Shown here in pieces: positions 13,171 through 23,354 of a stretch of DNA of 24,000 nucleotides. Under the pieces are notes generated by a model. That model was given only the letters and a program-made list of their open reading frames with translations, ran no database searches and had not been told where the DNA came from. Source of the DNA: Vibrionaceae bacterium (lineage in GTDB: Bacteria; Pseudomonadota; Gammaproteobacteria; Enterobacterales; Vibrionaceae); contig OZ245058.1 in NCBI GenBank assembly GCA_965224595.1, positions 346,887 through 370,886 of the forward strand, read 5' to 3'. Made by a program: the position numbers and the translations under genes. Within the stretch, counting starts at the first letter, position 1, and each line of letters opens with the position of its first letter.

Positions 13171-13200
13171 AAAAAAAGAGCAAGTCGGTAGACTTGCTCT
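13171..13200 (-). terminator. Rho-independent terminator of ebgR
   Basis: On the minus strand: AGAGCAAGTC-TACC-GACTTGCTCT followed by a T-run (plus-strand A-run at 13171-13177). It sits 26 nt after the ebgR stop and separates ebgR from the ebgA promoter. Confidence 0.85.
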
Positions 13201-13225
13201 TAGTGATTTTGATTTTTCTGGTCAG

Positions 13226-14254
<1,029 letters not shown>

Positions 14255-14403
14255 TTATAGTAGTGTAAACAGCACTGAAATAGGAGGAAAATTTAGTAAA
14301 ACTACTTATTTATCACTAACTTTAATGAAATAAATGCCGTTGTTATACACTCTATGAATAAATTACTGTTTTAATCTGCCTGTTGCATCGAAATATGCTC
14401 TTG

Positions 14404-14417
14404 TGTAAACGTTTACA
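14404..14417. promoter_or_regulatory. Perfect 14-bp LacI/GalR-type operator palindrome TGTAAACGTTTACA upstream of galT
   Basis: Exact palindrome with a central CG, 87 nt upstream of the galT ATG. It resembles the E. coli gal OE half-site GTGTAAACG. Confidence 0.75.
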
Positions 14418-14421
14418 TGGT

Positions 14422-14437
14422 TGGGATTTGGATCACG
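14422..14437. promoter_or_regulatory. Candidate CRP site TGGGA-TTTGGA-TCACG upstream of galT
   Basis: Matches 8 of 10 positions of TGTGA-N6-TCACA. It lies just downstream of the operator, as in the E. coli gal OE/CRP arrangement. Extended -10-like elements follow: TGATAAACT at 14456-14464 and TGGTATATT at 14467-14475. Confidence 0.4.
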
Positions 14438-14503
14438 GTTAGCTTGATTGTTGGTTGATAAACTCGTGGTATATTTTCTACTCTCTGATAAAAAGAGTTC
14501 ATT

Positions 14504-15598
14504 ATGTCTAGTGTTGTTTCAAGTAGCGGTAAATTTAATTCCACCGATCATCCACATCGCCGATATAACCCATTAACAGGGCAGTGGGTATTGGTATCTC
14601 CACATCGGGCAAAACGCCCATGGCAGGGGCAGGATGAAAAACCGTCATTGATGCCTAGTGAACGTTATGATCCTGATTGTTTTTTATGTGCCAATAATCA
14701 ACGTATTTCCGGTGATAAAAACCCAGATTATCAAGGTACCTTTGTTTTCACTAATGATTTTGCTGCGTTAACCACAGACACGCCAGATGCACCTGAGTCA
14801 GACAATCCTCTTTTTCGTAGCCAAAGTGCACGCGGTTTGAGTCGAGTCATCTGCTTCTCTCCCGATCACAGTAAGACACTGCCTGAGTTGCCACAAAAAA
14901 GCATATTAGCGCTGGTTGATACCTGGGAACAGCAAATATCAGAGTTGGGTAAAGAGTATCTTTGGGTACAAGCTTTTGAAAACAAAGGCGCAGTGATGGG
15001 GTGTTCGCAGCCTCATCCACATGGGCAGGTGTGGGCGAATAACTTCTTACCCAATGAGATAGAGCGAAAAGATAAACAGTTGCGCGATTACCAGCAACAA
15101 CACGGTCGTAATCTTTTGTTTGATTATGTACAGAGTGAAGAGAAAGATGGCTCTCGAACGGTGGTGGATACAGAGCACTGGCTGGCTGTCGTGCCTTACT
15201 GGGCTGCCTGGCCTTTTGAAACCATGCTAATGCCAAAAGCGCATATTCGTCGCATGAGCGAATTAAGTGAAGAGCAGAGAGTGGATTTGGCACTGGCGCT
15301 GAAGAAACTGACCAGTCGATATGACAATCTATTTCAGTGCTCATTTCCTTACTCGATGGGCTGGCACTATGCTCCTTTTTTTGAACACGCTTTAGATTCA
15401 TCGCAGGATACTGACATTGATCATTGGCAGTTGCATGCCCTTTTTTATCCACCACTTTTGCGCTCAGCAACGGTACGAAAATTCATGGTTGGATATGAGA
15501 TGCTGGCGGAGAGCCAAAGGGATCTTACTCCTGAACAAGCCGCAGAAAAACTTCGAGCAGTAAGCGATGTTCACTATTTAGATAATGGCCATTTATAA
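14504..15598 (+). CDS. galT: Galactose-1-phosphate uridylyltransferase, 364 aa
   Basis: [28 protein letters not shown], the [11 protein letters not shown] active-site HPH motif, and FPYSMGWH...[17 protein letters not shown] are colinear with E. coli GalT. Confidence 0.97.
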   Translation: MSSVVSSSGKFNSTDHPHRRYNPLTGQWVLVSPHRAKRPWQGQDEKPSLMPSERYDPDCFLCANNQRISGDKNPDYQGTFVFTNDFAALTTDTPDAPESDNPLFRSQSARGLSRVICFSPDHSKTLPELPQKSILALVDTWEQQISELGKEYLWVQAFENKGAVMGCSQPHPHGQVWANNFLPNEIERKDKQLRDYQQQHGRNLLFDYVQSEEKDGSRTVVDTEHWLAVVPYWAAWPFETMLMPKAHIRRMSELSEEQRVDLALALKKLTSRYDNLFQCSFPYSMGWHYAPFFEHALDSSQDTDIDHWQLHALFYPPLLRSATVRKFMVGYEMLAESQRDLTPEQAAEKLRAVSDVHYLDNGHL

Positions 15599-15618
15599 GC
15601 CCTAATGTGAGAGATATT

Positions 15619-16791
15619 ATGACAGATTCAGTTGCGCTGATTAAACAAGTTAGCCAATGTTTTCAACAGAGCTTTGGTTATTCGGCACATGCCTTTGTTC
15701 AAGCGCCGGGCCGAGTCAATTTGATTGGTGAACACACCGATTATAACGACGGTTTTGTTCTACCTTGTGCCATTAACTATCAAACTGTGGTGGCTGCCAG
15801 CAAAAGAGACGATAACATTGTACGGATCGTATCGGTCGATTATGGCAATGAAATCAATCAATTTGACCTTAACCAAACCATCACTTTTGATGCTGATTGT
15901 ATGTGGGCAAATTACATACGAGGGGTCGTAAGCTGTTTATTAAATCGTGGTTATTCATTTAACGGTGCCGATATTGCGGTCAGTGGTAATGTACCGCAAG
16001 GCGCCGGATTGAGTTCATCAGCGGCTTTAGAGGTGGTGATTGGACAGACGTTTAAAGCCCTCTATAACTTAGACATTAGCCAGCAAGAGATTGCGCTCAA
16101 TGGCCAGCAAGCTGAGAATGAATTTGTTGGGTGTAACTGTGGCATTATGGATCAACTTATCTCAGCGGAAGGTGAAGAGAATCATGCACTACTTATTGAT
16201 TGTCGCTCATTAGAGACAACGGCGGTGCCACTGCCTGCAGATATGGTGGTGATGATCATTAACTCCAATAAAAAGAGAGAGCTGGTGGGCAGTGAATACA
16301 ATACTCGCCGTCAGCAGTGTGAAGAGGCTGCTGAAATCTTTGGGGTTAAAGCGCTACGAGATGTCACTCTAAAGCAGTTTGAACAACGAAAGGGCGAACT
16401 CAGTGATGTCGTTGCCAGACGGGCAAAGCATGTGATTACCGAAAACGACCGCACTGAACTTGCTGCTGTTGCGTTGAAAAATGGTGATCTGCCTCTAATG
16501 GCGAAGCTGATGGAGCAGTCTCATCTCTCTATGAAAAACGATTTTGAGATCACGGTGACAGAAGTTGATACGTTAGTTGAGATTGTAAAACAACAATTGG
16601 GTGAAGAGGGGGGAGTTCGGATGACTGGTGGTGGTTTCGGCGGTTGTATCGTTGCGATGATGTATCCAGATAAAGTGAATCAAGTACGTCAAGCTGTTGC
16701 AGAGAATTATGAAGCGGCGACCGGATTAAAAGCGTCGATTTATGTCTGTCAGGCCAAATCGGGTGCGTCTCAGCTTGAGATAATATCGTAA
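15619..16791 (+). CDS. galK: Galactokinase, 390 aa
   Basis: GHMP kinase motifs are present: [38 protein letters not shown] and [12 protein letters not shown] 15619 with GAGAG SD is preferred over the track's GTG 15607. Confidence 0.96.
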   Translation: MTDSVALIKQVSQCFQQSFGYSAHAFVQAPGRVNLIGEHTDYNDGFVLPCAINYQTVVAASKRDDNIVRIVSVDYGNEINQFDLNQTITFDADCMWANYIRGVVSCLLNRGYSFNGADIAVSGNVPQGAGLSSSAALEVVIGQTFKALYNLDISQQEIALNGQQAENEFVGCNCGIMDQLISAEGEENHALLIDCRSLETTAVPLPADMVVMIINSNKKRELVGSEYNTRRQQCEEAAEIFGVKALRDVTLKQFEQRKGELSDVVARRAKHVITENDRTELAAVALKNGDLPLMAKLMEQSHLSMKNDFEITVTEVDTLVEIVKQQLGEEGGVRMTGGGFGGCIVAMMYPDKVNQVRQAVAENYEAATGLKASIYVCQAKSGASQLEIIS

Positions 16792-17828
16792 TGGATACAG
16801 AGCCTTTTACGGACGGTAAACCTGCCAATGTCTACACTCTGCATAATCAGCTTGGCAGCAAAATTGCGGTGATGGATATTGGTGCGACATGGCTTAGTTG
16901 TCAGCTTCAAGTTGATCAACAGATAAGAGAAGTCTTGCTTGGCGTCGACACTATGGCTAAACATCAGCAGCAAGAGGCGTATTTAGGTGCAACGGTTGGC
17001 CGTTACGCCAATCGTATTGCTGGTGGCAAATTTGTCATTGGTGATAAGAACTACCAAGTGGCTGTTAATCAAGGTGGAAACTGCCTGCATGGCGGTGTTG
17101 AAGGCTTTGATAAACGTCGTTGGGCACTGCAAGAGTTACGCAGCGACTGCGTGGTTCTCTCTTTGCACTCAGCCGATGGCGAACAAGGTTTTCCTGGTAA
17201 TTTGGAGGTAACAGTCAGTTATCAGTTAACGGATCAAAACGAGGTTGTCATCGCTTATTCCGGCATGGTTGATAAAGCGTGTCCGGTTAATTTAACCAAT
17301 CATGCCTACTTTAACTTGATGGGTGATGAGTCAAGTGTTGATGGCTTAGAGCATCAGTTGCAGATATTTTCCGCTCATTATGCCGCGACGAATGAGGTGG
17401 CAATACCAATCGGAAAGTTGAAATCTGTGGTTGATAGTGGTTTTGATTTTAACCAGTTGAAACCGATCAAGCAGGACTTTTTACGCGACTCTGATCAGCA
17501 GATATTGAGTGGTTATGACCACTCTCTGCTGCTTGATAGTGATAAAACCGATGGTCAACAGGTTGCCGCGCGTTTGGTGTCGGCGGATAAACAGCTTACG
17601 ATGGAGGTGAGAACCAGCAAGCCTGCTATTCAGCTTTACAGTGGTAACTTTCTGCAAGGCACTGCAGGTCGACAGTTGCATCAATACCGCAATCATCAGG
17701 GCATCGCGTTAGAGACGCAGCTTTTACCGGATTCGCCTAATCATCCTGAGTGGCCGCACGTTTCCTCAATACTGCAACCAGAACAAACGTATCAAGCGGT
17801 TACTAAATATAAGTTTATTGTCAGTTAG
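16791..17828 (+). CDS. galM: Aldose 1-epimerase (galactose mutarotase), 345 aa
   Basis: GATVGRYANRIAGGKF, HGG..GFDKR.W and TNHAYFNL motifs. TAATG stop-start overlap with galK. Confidence 0.93.
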   Translation: MDTEPFTDGKPANVYTLHNQLGSKIAVMDIGATWLSCQLQVDQQIREVLLGVDTMAKHQQQEAYLGATVGRYANRIAGGKFVIGDKNYQVAVNQGGNCLHGGVEGFDKRRWALQELRSDCVVLSLHSADGEQGFPGNLEVTVSYQLTDQNEVVIAYSGMVDKACPVNLTNHAYFNLMGDESSVDGLEHQLQIFSAHYAATNEVAIPIGKLKSVVDSGFDFNQLKPIKQDFLRDSDQQILSGYDHSLLLDSDKTDGQQVAARLVSADKQLTMEVRTSKPAIQLYSGNFLQGTAGRQLHQYRNHQGIALETQLLPDSPNHPEWPHVSSILQPEQTYQAVTKYKFIVS

Positions 17829-17846
17829 AGCTGTTGTGCGTGAGAT

Positions 17847-18845
17847 CTATATTTTACTGACGGACATTCTTTTAATCAGTGTTGGATTGAACAGACTGAC
17901 GCTGCTGCTTTTGTGTTCACCCTTAGCCAGCATAATGGCCAGAGACGCCGCTTTTTCTGCCATGATATGAATGGGATAACGAATTGTGGTCAACTTTGGA
18001 TGCACAAATTTAGCAATTAAACCATCATCGAACCCAACCAGAGACATCTGTTCTGGAACCTTGATGCTGTTATCTTCAAGTGCAGATAGTGCCCCTGCAG
18101 CCATAAAGTCGTTGTAAGCGAAAGTTGCGGTGACGGGTAAGTTTTTAGCCAGCAGATTCATCATTGCTTTCTCACCCCCGATATCTGTTGGTTCGGAGAA
18201 TTCTATATAGTTGTCAGATGTGGTGAGGCCATTATCTTTAAGCGCTTGTAAATAACCATCTTTACGCTGAACACTGTCTTCGATCTCTTGATTTGAACCG
18301 ATGCAAGCTATCTGCTTATGGCCATTTTTGATAAGAAATTCAGTGGCGAGGTAGGCACCTTTGAAATTATCGAGTGCAATACAGCGCTCTGCAATTTCAG
18401 GCACCAATCGGTTGATCAAAATAAATCCGGGTACTTCGTTGGCGTAGTCAATCAGTTCTTGGTTACTTAGCCCCTTCGAGTGCACAACCAATGAATCACA
18501 CCGGCTGTTGATCAGTAGCTCAATCGCATTTCGCTCGTCAGTGGCATTGTGATAACCATTTCCGATTAAAACCTGCTTGCCATTTTTACGAGCAACATCA
18601 TCCACCGCTTTTATCATCAAACCAAAAAATGGATCCGAAACATCACTGACCAATACGCCAATGGTATTGGTACTTTTACTGACTAATGCGCGGGCATTAG
18701 CGTTGGGTCTATAACCGAGCGCTTTCATCGATTTTTCAACCACGGCGATCGACTTTGCACTCGCTTTTGGTGACTTGTTGATGACACGAGATACGGTTGC
18801 GATAGAGACACCCGAATCTTTTGCAACATCTTTAATGGTAGCCAT
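17847..18845 (-). CDS. galR: LacI-family galactose repressor GalR/GalS-like, 332 aa
   Basis: MATIKDVAKDSGVSIATVSRVINKSPKAS...YRPNANARAL...GVLVSDVSDPFFG..IKAV... is colinear with recalled E. coli GalR. ATG 18845 with GAGG 7 nt upstream is preferred over the track start 18857. Confidence 0.9.
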   Translation of the reverse strand: MATIKDVAKDSGVSIATVSRVINKSPKASAKSIAVVEKSMKALGYRPNANARALVSKSTNTIGVLVSDVSDPFFGLMIKAVDDVARKNGKQVLIGNGYHNATDERNAIELLINSRCDSLVVHSKGLSNQELIDYANEVPGFILINRLVPEIAERCIALDNFKGAYLATEFLIKNGHKQIACIGSNQEIEDSVQRKDGYLQALKDNGLTTSDNYIEFSEPTDIGGEKAMMNLLAKNLPVTATFAYNDFMAAGALSALEDNSIKVPEQMSLVGFDDGLIAKFVHPKLTTIRYPIHIMAEKAASLAIMLAKGEHKSSSVSLFNPTLIKRMSVSKI

Positions 18846-18966
18846 GAATAACCTCACACTGTAATTGCACCCATTTAACCCTTGTAGTGAAAATATGGCA
18901 ATGGCTGATTGATATTTTGTGGAGTTATAAGATATAGATCGCTGTAATTCCTTATTTTATTGTTAA

Positions 18967-19337
<371 letters not shown>

Positions 19338-19340
19338 TCG

Positions 19341-20084
19341 TTATTTGATCAGGTCATATAGGGTCGGTTTTCTGGCCTTTACGGTCTGTTGTAAAAAATT
19401 GACGATCCAGAGGGCGATCGATTGTGAATCTGCGACTTTATCGAGTGTTCTCTTTCCTTGTTCTAGCCGACTGGGATCAATAATGTCTTGTCGGTAATCC
19501 ATTAATGCCGAGGAAAACTCGACCGTAAATTCAGGATGACCTTGAAAGCCTAAAAAGTGGTTGCCGACCTGTATAGCGCTGTATGGGCAGAAATCATTGG
19601 CAAGAATTACCTGACTATTGGCTGGCAGCGCTACCACCTGATCTTGATGGCTAACGATGAGCCCAACCAGAGGCAGATCAGGGCTCATCCACGGTTTTCT
19701 ATTGATGATCTGGGCCGTTGATATACCAAGACCCCACCCATTGTATGAGAGAGAGACCTTCCCTCCTAATGCGTGAGCAATAAGTTGATGGCCAAAACAG
19801 ATGCCCACTAATCCAATTTGTGCATCGTATAAACGACGAACAAAATTCACCAGTTCATCAATCCAAGGAAGATCATCATAAACACTGCAACGACTCCCGG
19901 TTGATAGGTAGGCGTCACACTCATCAAGATCTTTCGGATATACTCCTTTATGTACTTCGTAAAATACCAATTTCAGAGGTACATTAGTCTGTTGTAGTAG
20001 TGTGGCAAACATTGTTGAATAGTCGCCATACTGAGTGCGTAGTGTTTGATTTACATTGTCGCAAAGTAAAATTCCTAGCTTCAT
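19341..20084 (-). CDS. Stand-alone class-I glutamine amidotransferase domain protein (GuaA-N-like), 247 aa
   Basis: Nucleophile elbow GICFGHQ and a His/Glu pair in GFQGHPEF. AAGGAG SD 8 nt upstream. Lies 54 nt downstream of the ALDH gene on the same strand. Confidence 0.8.
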   Translation of the reverse strand: MKLGILLCDNVNQTLRTQYGDYSTMFATLLQQTNVPLKLVFYEVHKGVYPKDLDECDAYLSTGSRCSVYDDLPWIDELVNFVRRLYDAQIGLVGICFGHQLIAHALGGKVSLSYNGWGLGISTAQIINRKPWMSPDLPLVGLIVSHQDQVVALPANSQVILANDFCPYSAIQVGNHFLGFQGHPEFTVEFSSALMDYRQDIIDPSRLEQGKRTLDKVADSQSIALWIVNFLQQTVKARKPTLYDLIK

Positions 20085-20138
20085 TGAACGATCTCCTTAT
20101 CGAGTATTGATGACTCCTACCTTACTTCAGTCAAATGG

Positions 20139-21530
20139 TTAAAGGTGTGTTTTAAGGTTAAATGATTTAGTTTGAGTGACGTTGTGGTAACCAAAGGTAG
20201 ATAAACTGCTGCCGCTACCTGAGTCTTTTGTACCTGACCACGCTAAGGCTGGGTCTTGGTAATCACAGCGATTAATAAAAAAGGTCCCTACGTGAAGCTC
20301 TTCACCAATCGCAATGGCTGCATTGATGTCCGTTGCGAAAACGGATGCGGTGAGACCATATTGTGAGTCATTCATAAGATCAATCGCTTCTTGATCAGTT
20401 TTGACTCTCATGACCCCTACCACTGGGCCAAATGTTTCATCGCGCATGATTTTCATTTTATGATTTACGTTGGTGAGCAGCTGGGGAACTAAGTAACAGG
20501 ATTTTTTATCATAATTTGGGAAATCATCAGTTGAGATATGAGCGACAGCGCCCATCTTTATGGCCTCACTAATTTGAGAACGGATGCATTTTGCTGCAGC
20601 GAAGCTGACAACGGGTCCTAAGGTCACTTGAGGATCAAAGGGAGGACCAAGTTTAAACTGTTTGATCAATTTTTCTGCTTTATCAACAAATTCGGAATAG
20701 ATTGAATGATGCACATAGATGCGTTCAATTGCGCTGCAAGACTGGCCTGAATTAAAATAGGCACCATCAATACAACTTTCAACGGCATGTTCAAGATTAG
20801 CATCGTGTCGAATGTAAGCCGAATCTTTACCGCCGAGATCCAAACCAACCGTTACTATTCTGTTTGATGTTGCGGCTTTTATCGCTTTGCCCCCCTCAAC
20901 AGACCCGGTGAAAGATACGTAACTAATACCAGGATGCTGCGCCAATTTCTGAGTCGCAGTCCGGCTTAAATGAAGGTACTGGAATACACCGAGTGGAAGT
21001 TGAGTTTGCTGAAACGCTTTGGCAAACTGCTCTGCACACAGAAGAGTCTGAGATGAATGCTTTAAGATGACACAGTTTCCAGCCATGATAGCGGGAATAA
21101 GGATATTTATTGCACTTAGATAGGGATAATTCCAAGGAGAAATGACAACAACGGTACCTAACGGCTCTTTTTTTATGTATCGGGTATAACCAGGTAGGTG
21201 ATTCAATACGATCGGCTCTAAGGCTTCTTCTGCTGCATCTATCAAATATCTGGCACGCTCTTCCGTTGCCATTATTTCAGCTCTTGCGAAACGAATGGGT
21301 CGTCCCATCATCCAACATAACTGCCGAGCAATTTCATCTTGGTTACGGATGATCGCATCAATCATTTGGTGGCAAATGGTGGCTCTGTCTTTGATTAGGA
21401 TCGATTTCCATTGCAGGTGCGCTGACTGGGCTTCTTGCACCGCAGTTTCAACCTCAAGTGGGCTGGCAAGTTTTCTGGTGGCATAAATCGAACCATCAAT
21501 GGGGCTACGGCTGGTCAGAACATCACTCAT
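20139..21530 (-). CDS. Aldehyde dehydrogenase family protein, 463 aa
   Basis: ALDH motifs are present: FTGSVEGGKAI, catalytic Cys in FNSGQSCSAIERIYV, and DETFGPV. The usual ELGGK element reads LDLGGKD. Confidence 0.88.
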   Translation of the reverse strand: MSDVLTSRSPIDGSIYATRKLASPLEVETAVQEAQSAHLQWKSILIKDRATICHQMIDAIIRNQDEIARQLCWMMGRPIRFARAEIMATEERARYLIDAAEEALEPIVLNHLPGYTRYIKKEPLGTVVVISPWNYPYLSAINILIPAIMAGNCVILKHSSQTLLCAEQFAKAFQQTQLPLGVFQYLHLSRTATQKLAQHPGISYVSFTGSVEGGKAIKAATSNRIVTVGLDLGGKDSAYIRHDANLEHAVESCIDGAYFNSGQSCSAIERIYVHHSIYSEFVDKAEKLIKQFKLGPPFDPQVTLGPVVSFAAAKCIRSQISEAIKMGAVAHISTDDFPNYDKKSCYLVPQLLTNVNHKMKIMRDETFGPVVGVMRVKTDQEAIDLMNDSQYGLTASVFATDINAAIAIGEELHVGTFFINRCDYQDPALAWSGTKDSGSGSSLSTFGYHNVTQTKSFNLKTHL

Positions 21531-21625
21531 ATTTAATGCCTTTTACTACTTGCGTAATGATTACTCTCCGTACAGATTAAAATGCAATAGATTGAATAAT
21601 TTAATAAATAATTGTTAGTAATATA

Positions 21626-21653
21626 AATATAGACGCAAGTGGGCGAGTTGCAA
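21626..21653 (-). promoter_or_regulatory. Candidate sigma70 promoter of the ALDH-amidotransferase unit (TTGCAA-N16-TATATT)
   Basis: Hexamers read on the minus strand: -35 at 21648-21653 and -10 at 21626-21631. This would give a leader of roughly 90 nt. Motif-level call only. Confidence 0.35.
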
Positions 21654-21674
21654 TGTTAAAAGAGAGGGTGATAG

Positions 21675-21713
21675 AAAAGGAAAAAGAGCTTAAATAAACG
21701 TAATTTAAGCTCT
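21675..21713 (-). terminator. Rho-independent terminator of dapD
   Basis: AGAGCTTAAAT-N7-ATTTAAGCTCT is a perfect 11-bp stem (21685-21713). On the minus strand it is followed by TTTTCCTTTTC. It lies 50 nt after the dapD stop. Confidence 0.8.
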
Positions 21714-21762
21714 TTATATTTGAAATGTAATGATAAGTTTTTTTTAACTTAACAGTAGTGAT

Positions 21763-22794
21763 TTAGTTATTGTGGTGTAACTCGTTGTTTAGCTCAACCG
21801 CGGTTTTATTGGTTAAGCACTCAATTTGTCCAGTCACTGAATGACGGCGGAACAGCAGATCAGTTTGACCGGCAAGATCGCGTGCTTTTGCTATTTCGAT
21901 CTCTTTGCCACTTAAGTCAAGCATACGAACTTTGGTTCCGGCAGTGACATATAATCCAGACTCAATCGTACAGCGATCACCCAATGGGAAACCAAGACCT
22001 GAGTTGGCGCCTAATAAGCAGTTTTCGCCAATTGAGATAACCATTTTACCCCCACCAGACAGCGTTCCCATGATAGAAGCACCACCGCCTACATCTGAGC
22101 CTTCACCGACCATGACGCCAGCAGATATGCGGCCTTCAACCATGCTTACACCGGTTGTTCCTGCATTGAAGTTGATAAAACCTTCATGCATAACGGTAGT
22201 GCCTTGGCCAACGTGAGCACCAAGACGGACACGAGAGGTATCCGCAATACGGATGCCAGCAGGGACCACGTAATCCACCATTTTGGGGAATTTATCAACA
22301 CAGTCAACCGTAATAACGTCGCCATTCAGACGGGCGTCAATTTGGCGTTCAGCAAGTTCTGGTAGATCAATGGGTCCAACATTGGTCCATGCGATGTTAT
22401 GCAATAGTCCAAAAATGCCATCCAATACAGTACCGTGAGGCTGAACTAAGCGGTGTGAAATGAGCTGCAGTTTCAAAAATCCTTCAGCCACAGATGTTGG
22501 CTGCTCATCTGTTGCTAAGATAACAAGAACCAGTGGTTGAGAAGAGCTGGCAGCTTTAGTAGCAAAACTTGAGTTGGTGCTATCGCCATTTGCGTTAAAA
22601 GCGGTAGCAAGTTGTGCCGCTTGGCTTGACGTTACTTCAACTGCTTGATTGCCTTCCTGGAAATCAACAACTTTTGCGATTGCACTAACCAGTGCATCAC
22701 TTGGGTTTAAAAGTGGGTTTGGGAAAAATGCTTCAATGATTTTCCCATCACGATTTTTTGTAGCAGTACCTAAGGCAAGCGAGAATATGGCCAT
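21763..22794 (-). CDS. dapD: 2,3,4,5-tetrahydropyridine-2,6-dicarboxylate N-succinyltransferase, long (about 343 aa) form
   Basis: MAIFSLALGTATKNRDGKIIEAFFPNP... N-terminal domain followed by a left-handed beta-helix hexapeptide region (GAHVGQGTTVMHEGFINFNAGT...GRISAGVMVGEGSDVGGGASIMGTLSGGG). ATG 22794 is preferred over the track start 22845. Confidence 0.92.
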   Translation of the reverse strand: MAIFSLALGTATKNRDGKIIEAFFPNPLLNPSDALVSAIAKVVDFQEGNQAVEVTSSQAAQLATAFNANGDSTNSSFATKAASSSQPLVLVILATDEQPTSVAEGFLKLQLISHRLVQPHGTVLDGIFGLLHNIAWTNVGPIDLPELAERQIDARLNGDVITVDCVDKFPKMVDYVVPAGIRIADTSRVRLGAHVGQGTTVMHEGFINFNAGTTGVSMVEGRISAGVMVGEGSDVGGGASIMGTLSGGGKMVISIGENCLLGANSGLGFPLGDRCTIESGLYVTAGTKVRMLDLSGKEIEIAKARDLAGQTDLLFRRHSVTGQIECLTNKTAVELNNELHHNN

Positions 22795-22897
22795 TATAGA
22801 GTAATCTCCGTTTCTATAATTTGATGAAATTGCATCAATAATCAAATTTACTTAATAAATTACATTCATCATAAAGAGAGAACTTTACTAAGTCTAT

Positions 22898-22938
22898 AAA
22901 AACAGAAAGCAGCAAGCCAACAAATGACCGACTGCTTT
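22898..22938 (-). terminator. Possible terminator of yebG
   Basis: On the minus strand: AAAGCAG...CTGCTTT (7-bp stem, long 19-nt loop) followed by CTGTTTTT. The structure is weak. Confidence 0.35.
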
Positions 22939-22967
22939 TAATGGTTTAGCTTGTTGCTTACTCGATG

Positions 22968-23267
22968 CTATGCAGCAGCTTCTGAGTCAGATGGTTCAGC
23001 AACCACTTTCACTTCTTTTGGTTTTTTTGGTGCAGGTTTACGTTTTGCACCTAAAGCAATAAGAACCTCTTCTTTATTTTTTGCTAAGTATAAAGAGAGC
23101 TCTTCTTGTTTTGCTTCATCCTCTAGCAATTTGCTTTCACCCAGTAATGTGAACAGCTCATCAGCCATATCCAGCATTTTGTCATAAGCGTCAGCTTCAG
23201 CTTTAGAGGTAAAAGTCATCTTTTCTTCTCCGTTGCGTTCCACTACGTACTTGACGATAACAGCCAT
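22968..23267 (-). CDS. yebG: DNA damage-inducible protein YebG, 99 aa
   Basis: MAVIVKYVVERNGEEKMTFTSKAEADAYDKMLD.AD parallels recalled E. coli YebG (MAVEVKYVVIREGEEKMSFTSKKEADAYDKMLD). AGGGG lies 6 nt upstream of ATG 23267. A LexA box is present upstream. Confidence 0.88.
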   Translation of the reverse strand: MAVIVKYVVERNGEEKMTFTSKAEADAYDKMLDMADELFTLLGESKLLEDEAKQEELSLYLAKNKEEVLIALGAKRKPAPKKPKEVKVVAEPSDSEAAA

Positions 23268-23296
23268 GGTCATCCCCTAAATAATTAATCCAAATT

Positions 23297-23316
23297 TACT
23301 GGCTTTTTATACAGTA
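23297..23316. promoter_or_regulatory. LexA (SOS) box TACTGGCTTTTTATACAGTA
   Basis: Fits gamma-proteobacterial CTG-N10-CAG (consensus TACTGTATATATATACAGTA). It overlaps the -10 of the yebG promoter, 30 nt upstream of the yebG ATG. Confidence 0.8.
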
Positions 23317-23334
23317 GGTTCTACACTATGTCCA
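23306..23334 (-). promoter_or_regulatory. Candidate sigma70 promoter of yebG (TGGACA-N17-TATAAA)
   Basis: Read on the minus strand: -35 at 23329-23334 and -10 at 23306-23311. The -10 is embedded in the LexA box. Confidence 0.5.
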
Positions 23335-23354
23335 GTTTAAAGAAGGTAGTTGTG

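Noticed and set aside
14527-14544. Possible internal gal operator (OI-like) GGTAAATTTAATTCCAC early in galT
   Set aside because: It contains GTAAA and TTCCAC, like E. coli OE, but the half-sites are 2 nt too far apart and the central CG is missing. This is probably chance.
14847-15470. 207-aa minus-strand ORF
   Set aside because: It is entirely antisense to galT, whose identity is unambiguous. It has no SD or recognisable motifs and is typical of a shadow ORF.
21548-21640. 8-bp inverted repeat ACTTGCGT ... ACGCAAGT separated by 77 nt upstream of the ALDH gene
   Set aside because: The arms are short and the spacer long. One arm falls in the putative promoter spacer and the other in the leader, so they would not be in the same RNA. 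This is consistent with chance in an AT-rich intergenic region.
21905-22216. 103-aa plus-strand Pro-rich ORF
   Set aside because: It is antisense to the Gly-rich hexapeptide-repeat region of dapD. The proline richness is the complement artefact of GGN codons.
22951-23187. 78-aa plus-strand Ser-rich ORF
   Set aside because: It is antisense to yebG, which has a clear homologue N-terminus, an SD and a LexA box. The sequence is low-complexity.
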